Shown here: positions 56,568 through 64,000 of the stretch, piece by piece
Numbering within the stretch: position 1 is the stretch's first letter
Layout: each line of letters begins with the position of its first letter
Assembly (NCBI GenBank): GCA_964567855.1
Contig: CAZMOE010000004.1
Span: 10,544-74,543 of the forward strand
Source: an uncultured Prevotellaceae bacterium
Lineage (GTDB): Bacteria; Bacteroidota; Bacteroidia; Bacteroidales; UBA3663
Direction of reading: 5' to 3'
DNA length: 64,000 nt
Program-made: the position numbers and the translations under genes
The notes under the pieces: model-generated
The model's database searches: none
Seen by the model: the letters and a program-made list of their open reading frames with translations, nothing else
Told to the model about the DNA's origin: nothing

Positions 56568-58070
56568 TCACCGCATATACCCTTCCCATTTCACATTACG
56601 CATATCACCGCTCTTCAGGAACTCTTCATGGAAAGCGAGGGCGCAATGCAGGGCCTGCGGGGTATGAGCCATGCCGTCGGGAACCAGTTCAAGATACTGC
56701 CTGAGAAGCGGACGATAGTCGGGATGCACGCAATTCTCGATGATGCACTCGGCCCGCTGGCGGGGAGACTTTCCGCGCAGATCGGCAACACCATGCTCGG
56801 TAACCAAAACCATAACCGAATGCTCGGAATGGTCGACATGCGACACGAAAGGGACAATCGCACTGATGTTACCCCCTTTGGCAATCGACGGGCAGGTAAA
56901 TATGGAAATATAGGCATTGCGCGTGAAATCTCCGGAACCGCCCACACCGTTCATCATCTTCGATCCAAGTACGTGAGTGGAATTGACATTGCCGAAGATG
57001 TCGGCCTCCAGCGCCGTGTTCATGGTAATGACGCCGAGGCGACGTATGACTTCCGGGTTGTTGCTCAGCTCGCAAGGACGCAAGACGATGTGATGCTTGT
57101 AGAAGTCCAGATTGGCGATCACCTTGTCATAGACAACGTCGCTCAACGTCAGCGAACTGCTGGAGACGTAAGTGCATTTCCCGGCATCGATCAAATCGAT
57201 GACCGAGTCCTGCAAAACTTCTGTGTACATCTTGAAAGGCGGTATCTCCTCCGCATCGGTCAGCGCCTGCAAGACCGCATTGGCAATATTGCCGACGCCG
57301 CTTTGCAGCGGCAGGAATTCATCCGGAATACGCCCCTCCTCCAATTCCCGGACAAGGAAACCGACCACATTCTTGCCGATACGGGCGGTAACTTCGTCGA
57401 CCGGAGAGAAGGGTTTGACACCATAATGGTAGCAGCAGGGCACGATACCGACAATTTTGGCCGGATCGACATTCAGCGTGGAGGTTCCGATATGATCGCT
57501 GGGGTCATAAATAGGAATTTCACGGCGATGCGGTGGCGCCGGCATAGTATAAATATCGTGAAGACCGCAGATCTCTTTAGGGAAAAGGCTGTTCTGCTCA
57601 ATGATAATATGTTTGGCCTTGGCGGCAAAAGCCTGGACGTTGCCGACACCGCCGCAGAGCGTTATCCGGCCGTCGTCGGTGACATCCACAGCCTCAATGA
57701 TACAATAATCGATATCCCCCAGAAAACCGTATTGCACGAACTGCGCCAAAGACGACAGGTGCATATCGAAATAATGTATTTCACCTTTGTTGATAGCGGC
57801 CCGCATTTCCGGAGTAGACTGATAAGGCGTACGCCGGTCTACTGCCTGTGCGGCAGCCAGCGCTCCGTCTAATGCCACACTGGTCGAAGCTCCCGAAAAT
57901 ACACTTACCTTGAACGGCCGGCCGGCCTCATGTTCCGCTTTGGCACGTTCAGCCAAAGCCGTAGGAACTACCCGTGGCGTTCCTGCTGCCGTAAATCCGC
58001 TAAATCCGATCGTATCTCCATCCTGAATCAATCCGGCGGCCGCTTCTGCTGTCAAAATCTTATAAATCAT
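56568..58070 (-). CDS. Acetyl-CoA hydrolase/transferase family protein (succinate/propionate CoA-transferase type)
   Basis: Start taken at MIYKILTAEAAAGLIQDGDTIGFSGFTAAGTP. GVGNIANAV and MMNGVGGSGDFTRNA motifs of the Cat1/ScpC family. Confidence 0.85.
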   Translation of the reverse strand: MIYKILTAEAAAGLIQDGDTIGFSGFTAAGTPRVVPTALAERAKAEHEAGRPFKVSVFSGASTSVALDGALAAAQAVDRRTPYQSTPEMRAAINKGEIHYFDMHLSSLAQFVQYGFLGDIDYCIIEAVDVTDDGRITLCGGVGNVQAFAAKAKHIIIEQNSLFPKEICGLHDIYTMPAPPHRREIPIYDPSDHIGTSTLNVDPAKIVGIVPCCYHYGVKPFSPVDEVTARIGKNVVGFLVRELEEGRIPDEFLPLQSGVGNIANAVLQALTDAEEIPPFKMYTEVLQDSVIDLIDAGKCTYVSSSSLTLSDVVYDKVIANLDFYKHHIVLRPCELSNNPEVIRRLGVITMNTALEADIFGNVNSTHVLGSKMMNGVGGSGDFTRNAYISIFTCPSIAKGGNISAIVPFVSHVDHSEHSVMVLVTEHGVADLRGKSPRQRAECIIENCVHPDYRPLLRQYLELVPDGMAHTPQALHCALAFHEEFLKSGDMRNVKWEGYMR

Positions 58071-58595
58071 TCCAGAAAAGATTATTATCAAAATAAAATT
58101 CGTACTTTTGCATCCGAAAATCAAGCGGGGAGATGCTCTCTGCAGGAAATGTATCTTCTCCTGCCGGGGTTCGCCCTCCGACTGGCTTCAGACTTCCGGA
58201 AAACAGGAATTGTCCGCATGAAAATGCGAGAAAAAAGCATGCTTTTTTCGACTTTTCACTATTTTTATGGTCAAAAGTAGGACTTTTCTGACACTTAGAC
58301 AAGTTTTTTTATGAAAAATTTAGTTTTTCACATACAAAAACACCACATCATGCAAAATTCTGTTCGATCGCAAAGGGTAGTAACAATAAATGGAATAGGG
58401 ACTTTCACAAGCCCCTATTCTGTATTAACCTAAACCTTAACTATGATAATAAATTTTGTACTGCAAAGATATGGTTTTTGTTTATATGGCAATCATAACA
58501 AGCCTATAAAATGCCGTATTTTTACATTTTTTTTGATTACAAAGATGATTAAAGCATATAGTAAATAAAAATTAACAATATAAAAGGTAGTAAAC

Positions 58596-60188
58596 ATGAA
58601 AAAATTATTTATAGAAACCTACGGTTGCCAGATGAATGTCGCCGACAGCGAGGTAGTAGCCACCATCATGCAGATGGCCGGCTATGAAATCTGCGAAAAG
58701 CTGGAAGATGCCGACGCGGTATTCCTCAACACCTGTTCGGTGCGCGACAATGCCGAACAAAAAATATACGGCCGCCTTCAATATTTCACTTCCCTGCACC
58801 GGCAAGGACGCAAGCTCATTGTCGGAGTGCTCGGGTGCATGGCGGAACGTGTCCGCGAGGAACTGGTGACGCATGGAGCGAATCTGGTGGCCGGCCCCGA
58901 TTCCTACTTAGACCTCCCGAATCTCATTGCAGCTGTCGAACAAGGAGAAACAGCCGTCAATGTGGAGCTTTCGACCACCGAAACCTATAAGGAAATCATC
59001 CCGACCCGTATAGGTCATAGCCGGATTTCCGGATTCATCAGCATCATGCGCGGATGCAACAATTTCTGCAGCTACTGCATCGTCCCCTACACACGCGGAC
59101 GCGAACGCAGCCGCGAGCCGGAAAGCATCCTTGCCGAATTACGCGACCTCGAAGCCAAAGGATTCAAAGAGGTGACACTATTAGGCCAAAACGTCAACTC
59201 CTATTTATATAAGAAACAAGAAGCCAATGCCCGCGGTCGTTGCGGAAGCCCCTCCGAGCAGCTCCCAACAGATACCCTGACCGAAGCAAGCGGCAATGAC
59301 ACCGCCGCTTCCGGCAACGGGACGACCGAAACGGCCAATCACACTATAAGTGCCCCCGCCCGCAACGCCGCAAGCGGCAACAGTAAACAAGAGGGCCCTG
59401 CCAGCATCCATTCCGACAGCAACAACGGCATGAACGACGGTCACGGCGAAAATTCTGCCGGCTCACATACTGCAGGAACCGCTTCCGGCAATACGGCAAC
59501 CGATGCCGTCGACTTTGCCGACCTTCTCGCTATGGTAGCCGAAGCCGCCCCCGGTATGCGCATTCGCTTCTCAACCTCCAATCCGGAAGACATGAGCGAC
59601 AAAATCCTCGAAACCATGGCCGCACATCCCAACATCTGCCGTCACCTGCATCTGCCGGTGCAATCCGGCTCCAGCCGTATCCTGAAACTCATGAACCGGA
59701 AATATGACAGGGCCTGGTATCTGGACCGCATCGCGGCCGTGAAACGTATCCTGCCCGACTGCGGTCTTTCGACCGACGTCTTCTGCGGCTTCTGCACCGA
59801 AACGGAAGAAGATCAGGCCGACACGCTTTCGCTCATGCGCGAAGTCGGTTTCGATTCCGCTTTCATGTTCAAGTACAGCGAACGCCCCGGCACTTTTGCC
59901 GCCCGCCACTATAAAGATGATGTCACAGAAGAGGTAAAAATCGCCCGCCTCACCGAAATCATCAACCTCCAGAACGAACTCTCGTTGGCCAGCAACCGCA
60001 GAGACATCGGCAAGACCTTTGAAGTGCTTGTCGAAGGCTACAGCAAGCGCAGCCGCGAACAGATGTGCGGCCGCTCCAGCCAGAACAAGATGATTGTTTT
60101 CCCCAAAGGGAATGTCCGCCCCGGCGATCTGGTCAGAGTGAAAGTAAACGACGTCTCATCGGCCACGCTGATCGGCGAACTCATATAA
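58596..60188 (+). CDS. miaB: tRNA-2-methylthio-N6-dimethylallyladenosine synthase MiaB carrying a low-complexity insertion of about 100 aa
   Basis: 530 aa. UPF0004 N-domain (FIETYGCQMNVADSE, NTCSVRDNAE). Radical-SAM CNNFCSYCIVPYTRG. LHLPVQSGSSRILKLMNR. C-terminal TRAM domain. The insertion is at residues about 206-304. Confidence 0.9.
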   Translation: MKKLFIETYGCQMNVADSEVVATIMQMAGYEICEKLEDADAVFLNTCSVRDNAEQKIYGRLQYFTSLHRQGRKLIVGVLGCMAERVREELVTHGANLVAGPDSYLDLPNLIAAVEQGETAVNVELSTTETYKEIIPTRIGHSRISGFISIMRGCNNFCSYCIVPYTRGRERSREPESILAELRDLEAKGFKEVTLLGQNVNSYLYKKQEANARGRCGSPSEQLPTDTLTEASGNDTAASGNGTTETANHTISAPARNAASGNSKQEGPASIHSDSNNGMNDGHGENSAGSHTAGTASGNTATDAVDFADLLAMVAEAAPGMRIRFSTSNPEDMSDKILETMAAHPNICRHLHLPVQSGSSRILKLMNRKYDRAWYLDRIAAVKRILPDCGLSTDVFCGFCTETEEDQADTLSLMREVGFDSAFMFKYSERPGTFAARHYKDDVTEEVKIARLTEIINLQNELSLASNRRDIGKTFEVLVEGYSKRSREQMCGRSSQNKMIVFPKGNVRPGDLVRVKVNDVSSATLIGELI

Positions 60189-60347
60189 ACCGCCGGCCAC
60201 GCAGATAAAGCAACCGCTCCGGCAAAGAATGCCGGTGTTATACAAATATCCGGTAATTGTCCGAACGGCCGTGGGGCGGCCATTCAGCAAACAGAGGCAA
60301 ACATATACCGGAAAAGCGATACGAACCGTCCCCGATAAAAAACTAAA

Positions 60348-60387
60348 AACCCCTTCCCGACCGATTTTCCGGATCCGGGAAGGGGTT
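60348..60387 (-). terminator. Hairpin terminator of the OMP gene, also 3' of miaB
   Basis: AACCCCTTCCCG (60348-60359) pairs with CGGGAAGGGGTT (60376-60387). The A-run on the plus side gives a U-run for the minus-strand transcript. Confidence 0.7.
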
Positions 60388-60407
60388 CTTACTTCAAAAC
60401 AGGCGTT

Positions 60408-61019
60408 TTAGAAGAAATAGGTAACGCCGACCTTATGAGTGGAAAGTTTTGTATTATCTTTTGCCTCCACTACATTGTCATAAACACTATCCCAGCTCCA
60501 GGAATTGGAAATAGGCAGAGAGTAGGCATAAGAAACCTGCACATGGTTGAACAAAAGTGCACCGACGCCGAAGTTTGCCTTCCAAGTGGCATCCTTAGCT
60601 TTCAAACCATAGCTCCCTTCCTCTCCATCAAAAAAGTTCAACTTGGTATTGTTGATATTCCAATCGAACTGAGGACCTAAGAAAGCATAGGGAACAAGGA
60701 CTTTGGAAACCACGGGAAGCTGGAAATCATAGCGTAAGTTCACCGGCACGGAAATGTACTGGGCATTTTTATCCTTCACACCGACTTCCACCTTTTCTGT
60801 AGAATAAAGAAGGGCACCGTCAAGACCGAAACCGAGCACCGGAACGGTAACTTTAGCCGTCACACCGGCAAACCAGCCGCTGTTGTTCTTGGCACCCTCC
60901 TCATCGAGTTTTGAAACATTCAGACCACCGGTAACACCGAAACCGAAGGTACGGGCAGATACCGGAGAAGCTACTGCACATGCAGCTACTACCAACATAG
61001 ATAAAAGAAATTTCTTCAT
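60408..61019 (-). CDS. Outer-membrane beta-barrel (porin family / OmpA-barrel-like) protein
   Basis: Start at MKKFLLSMLVVAACAVASPVSA signal peptide. Alternating beta-strand pattern. C-terminal VGVTYFF aromatic terminus. Confidence 0.75.
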   Translation of the reverse strand: MKKFLLSMLVVAACAVASPVSARTFGFGVTGGLNVSKLDEEGAKNNSGWFAGVTAKVTVPVLGFGLDGALLYSTEKVEVGVKDKNAQYISVPVNLRYDFQLPVVSKVLVPYAFLGPQFDWNINNTKLNFFDGEEGSYGLKAKDATWKANFGVGALLFNHVQVSYAYSLPISNSWSWDSVYDNVVEAKDNTKLSTHKVGVTYFF

Positions 61020-61141
61020 AATGTTACTCTTTATTAAAATAAGGATTAAATGATTGGGCAAATGTATTATTTTTTGGGAAAAATAAACCATTTATTGAAA
61101 TAAATCTACACTTTTCATTACATTTTACATACCAAGAGTGT

Positions 61142-61678
61142 TCATCGACGGCCTAAATAGCGTTTTATTCCGGCACGAACGGATTCCAGACCGAATTCTT
61201 CGGGCCGCAATTCTTCAAGCGGTACCCAACGCAAATCGGAAACGTCGTCCTGCGCCGTCGCCAGCGGCCGCCCCTTCACACGACACTCGAAAAACAGATC
61301 CAGCGTACGGCAGACGATACCCGAAAAAGGATAACGATTGGGCATGGAAAACAGATAATGCAAATCGGCAGGCGAAACCCGAAGCCCGGTTTCCTCTGCG
61401 ATCTCCCTGCACATGGCAGTCTCCGCATCTTCACCGAGATCGACGAAGCCGCCGGGCAAATCAAGCGTTCCCCGGGCCGGTTCATTGGCACGCCGCGCGA
61501 CCAGCAGTTCCCCGCAATCATTGACAATGACCGCGACGGTCGCTCCCCGCGGATTTGTGTAATAAGTAAAGCCGCAGTCGGCGCAACGGCGGGCGTTGTC
61601 ACGCAATTCTTCAAAACGGGAAGAACCGCAAAGCGGACAGAAATGGAAACGATAAAGAGGATTGTCTTCCTGCATCAT
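61142..61678 (-). CDS. NUDIX hydrolase with N-terminal zinc ribbon
   Basis: 178 aa. CPLCGS...CADCG zinc ribbon. Nudix box GGFVDLGEDAETAMCREIAEETGL. Confidence 0.85.
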   Translation of the reverse strand: MMQEDNPLYRFHFCPLCGSSRFEELRDNARRCADCGFTYYTNPRGATVAVIVNDCGELLVARRANEPARGTLDLPGGFVDLGEDAETAMCREIAEETGLRVSPADLHYLFSMPNRYPFSGIVCRTLDLFFECRVKGRPLATAQDDVSDLRWVPLEELRPEEFGLESVRAGIKRYLGRR

Positions 61679-61691
61679 AACGAAAACGGTT

Positions 61692-63008
61692 TCAATGTTC
61701 TACTTCGAGGATATAAACCGGCTGCGGAACGAGAGAAGTGGTCTTCTCGCCGTCGCCCTGTGCCACGTGCTGGACATAAATATGCAATCGCCCGTCGCGC
61801 CGCCACAGCTCCGTGTCATAAGAGGGCTCCCATGCGTCGACCGGAAAATCTGTCAGGTCCTTTGTCTCCCACCGGCCCCGGCGCAGGTCGCGGCAGTGCG
61901 CAACCGACACCCGGCTGCCCCGTTCTTCATCCCGGAGAATATAGTAAGCTTCCGATCGCCGCCCCATGCCGAGAAAACCGCGATGCTGACGGATAACCAG
62001 CCGCGGCCGGGCGATCGGGATACATTTCGTACCGCCTCCGCTGAGGGAAAACGGCGTTGTCCGCTGCGACACCTGTTGTTGCCGCCACTCCCGGCCGTCA
62101 TGCCAGACCAGCCGATACTGGGGGACCTGGCTGGTGGAATCACGCCAGTAGGTAGCGATATAAGGATGTCCGGACGCATCGGTCGTCATGCTGGTCTGAT
62201 TGATGAGTTCGCTGCGTTGCGGAATGCGGCAGGCATATTCCGCATTATCCAATGTCAGCGGCACGGCGCAGGCGCGCCCTTTGCTGTCATGCCAAGTCAC
62301 ACCGCCATCGTCGGAACAGGCGTAACACAAGTCATGATTGGTCTCCACTTTCCAGGTCTCACGCCACACCCACGAGAGATGCAAGCGGTCGTGCCGGTCG
62401 ACGCAGGCCTGCCAATAGCCGTTGCGCTTTCCCTCGCCGTCGATAAGATTATCCTGTACCCGGCTCCAGCGGCGTTCCGTCACGTCATACCGATTCAGAA
62501 TGAGATTGCCGTTGCCCGACGCCCCTGTCCGGTAAAGGAATAACAGGTCTCCGCCGCTGAGAGCGTAAAACTCCGGATAAGTGACACGCTCCTCATCGCG
62601 GCCGACCATCGGCTCCAACTCTCCTAATTGCAAGGAACCGGGCGCAACGGAACGGGCATAATGCAGCGGATGGCCATGATGGTCGAACGCGACATGCAGG
62701 AAACCCTCTCCGTCCACCATCAGACTGATCACATTATGACCGTCGCGGACATTTCCGCGATACTGCGTGCGACTGACGGTAAACACCGTATCATTCAAGG
62801 CCCGCGCCGCCAATGTGACATAACCGTCGGCATCGTAATAAGCCACATACTGCCGGTTGCCATGCGTGGCCACTGAATTGGTACGGAAAATGGCGGCATT
62901 GACAGAGGTGGCGCTATAGCCGGTGCCGACCGGCACAAGGTGTTGGGCAGCCAACGGCAGCAATGCTGTCATTCCGATGATAAATAAACTGATAAACTTA
63001 CCTTTCAT
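61692..63008 (-). CDS. BNR-4 repeat-containing (sialidase-like beta-propeller) protein
   Basis: Start taken at MKGKFISLFIIGMTALLPLAAQ (codon 118 of the ORF-track frame). SDDGGVTW Asp-box. HGNRQYVAYYDADGYV...FDHHGHPLHY pattern of the BNR_4 family. Confidence 0.65.
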   Translation of the reverse strand: MKGKFISLFIIGMTALLPLAAQHLVPVGTGYSATSVNAAIFRTNSVATHGNRQYVAYYDADGYVTLAARALNDTVFTVSRTQYRGNVRDGHNVISLMVDGEGFLHVAFDHHGHPLHYARSVAPGSLQLGELEPMVGRDEERVTYPEFYALSGGDLLFLYRTGASGNGNLILNRYDVTERRWSRVQDNLIDGEGKRNGYWQACVDRHDRLHLSWVWRETWKVETNHDLCYACSDDGGVTWHDSKGRACAVPLTLDNAEYACRIPQRSELINQTSMTTDASGHPYIATYWRDSTSQVPQYRLVWHDGREWRQQQVSQRTTPFSLSGGGTKCIPIARPRLVIRQHRGFLGMGRRSEAYYILRDEERGSRVSVAHCRDLRRGRWETKDLTDFPVDAWEPSYDTELWRRDGRLHIYVQHVAQGDGEKTTSLVPQPVYILEVEH

Positions 63009-63073
63009 AAATATCGATTCTTTAAATTTCAAGCTATATAATATGTTTTCAGAAGATTCCAAAACCGGCACGG

Positions 63074-64000
63074 TCATTTCCGCCCACGGCCCAATGCCAG
63101 CACACCGACGAAAAGGACCAGCAACGTACTGACCACGATACCCAGATTGACATGAACAAACGGCGGGATGCGTAGCCATCCGCACAGCTCGGTCTGCAAG
63201 GCGATAAGAATCAGCGAAGTCATGCCGGCCATGACGCCGAGCACCGCATGCGGCTTCCTGGCGCGAGGACAGAGATAGCCTAAAAGAAACAGACCGAGAA
63301 CACCGCCCGAGCAGAGGCTGCTGAGGGCCCACCAGGCATCGAGGGCATTTTCCACCCATAGGAAACAGAGCGCCACTCCCATACTGAGCATTCCCGTCGC
63401 AATGCTTGCCGTCCTGAGAACGAAAACCTTGCGCCGATCGTCTGCCGCAGTCGTATCCTTATCATCGGAAGCAGTTCTACGCCGCAGGTGGGAAGAGGGA
63501 AGATAGAAATCGGTCATGACAATGGTGGCAGCCGAGGTAAAACTCGTGGCGATGGTGCTCATGCCGGCACAGAAAATGCAGGCAATCATCAGTCCGACCA
63601 TCCCCGCCGGCAATTCATGAATGATGAAGTAGGGGAAAACGTAATCGGATTTTATTCCGGCGGGAAGACTCTCGGGATAGGCCGTATAGAAAGCGAAGAG
63701 ACAGGAACCGATAAGGAAGAGAACCCAATTGACAGGCAGCGGAAGAAGACTCCCCCAGAAGGCGCTCTTTCGCGCCTCGCCCAAAGTGGATGCTGCACAG
63801 TAGCGCTGGGTATAGCTCTGGTCGATAGCGAAATTATTAAGATTGATGAACAATCCGTAAATCAGACAGACCCAGAATGTAGATTCCGTGATGCCGGCGC
63901 CGAAACTGCCGAGACTGAACTTATCGTTGTCAAGACAAATACGGAATGCCTGGACCGCACCGCCCGGCATTTTAAACAGCAGTACCGCCAGACAGACCAT
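63074..64000 (-). CDS. Sodium:solute symporter family protein, C-terminal part (5' end beyond the window)
   Basis: Open to the right edge. TM-rich. DQSYTQRYCAA, ELPAGMVGLMIACIFCAGMSTIATSFTS are typical SSF motifs. Confidence 0.8.
   Translation of the reverse strand: MVCLAVLLFKMPGGAVQAFRICLDNDKFSLGSFGAGITESTFWVCLIYGLFINLNNFAIDQSYTQRYCAASTLGEARKSAFWGSLLPLPVNWVLFLIGSCLFAFYTAYPESLPAGIKSDYVFPYFIIHELPAGMVGLMIACIFCAGMSTIATSFTSAATIVMTDFYLPSSHLRRRTASDDKDTTAADDRRKVFVLRTASIATGMLSMGVALCFLWVENALDAWWALSSLCSGGVLGLFLLGYLCPRARKPHAVLGVMAGMTSLILIALQTELCGWLRIPPFVHVNLGIVVSTLLVLFVGVLALGRGRK

Noticed and set aside
58180-58215. Possible SRP (4.5S) RNA, because of CTTCCGGAAAACAGGAA resembling the GGAA tetraloop region.
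   Set aside because: The flanks do not reproduce the conserved helix-8 sequence (GGUCCGGAAGGAAGCAGC) on either strand. TTCCGGAA is just a self-complementary octamer.
1-64000. Searched for CRISPR arrays, a diversity-generating retroelement (TR/VR pair plus reverse transcriptase), integrases/recombinases with invertible promoters, toxin-antitoxin pairs and known defence systems.
   Set aside because: No regularly spaced direct repeats, no reverse transcriptase or integrase motifs in any frame I read, and no small adjacent gene pairs typical of TA modules. The only nuclease-like (DUF1016) and macro-domain sequences are fossils.

Overview
64-kb window from a high-GC Bacteroidales chromosome. By inference it is Alistipes/Rikenellaceae-like: TAnnTTTG -7 promoter boxes, fused SecDF, FrdCAB-type fumarate reductase, and T9SS C-terminal sorting domains. 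I call 43 CDS (2 cut by the window edges), 4 decayed gene remnants, one tRNA-Leu(UAG), one TPP riboswitch, and a set of hairpin terminators and promoter boxes.

Core blocks:
- lemA, dusB, sdhCAB
- tRNA-Leu, an MFS transporter, an AlkD-like gene, a metallophosphoesterase, a polyprenyl synthase, a DHOD-like gene
- parC, an OM protein, an S41 peptidase, tatAC, rnr
- a beta-helix lipoprotein, an M24 aminopeptidase
- DUF3108, an Ig-like protein, secDF
- dapF, dapL, tcdA
- TPP riboswitch, TonB receptor, PnuC-type transporter
- succinate-type CoA transferase, miaB, an OMP, NUDIX, BNR-4, a sodium:solute symporter

The most interesting part is a lower-GC accessory island of about 18 kb (about 31.65-49.9 kb) between secDF and dapF. 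It carries:
- three very large T9SS-sorted surface proteins (pectate-lyase fold, choice-of-anchor-J/cleaved-adhesin-like, BspA-type LRR)
- an orphan MBOAT + SGNH-like partner pair
- a PAS-LuxR / acyltransferase-3 / DUF1349 / Maa cassette
- an HU-HIG gene preceded by two ACCGTTC-N10-GAACGGT palindromes
- a decayed IS982 transposase
- a truncated macro-domain gene

Other signals not explained by genes:
- a helically phased array of DnaA-box-like 9-mers (1075-1166)
- an ORF-poor stretch of about 0.95 kb upstream of tRNA-Leu that contains two perfect GAACATATGTTC palindromes
- a structured leader of about 320 nt before the LRR gene
- a hairpin-rich element at 58.1-58.25 kb
- a low-complexity insertion of about 100 aa inside MiaB

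No CRISPR array, integrase, reverse transcriptase or recognisable defence system was seen. All functional calls come from by-eye motif recognition, without database searches.
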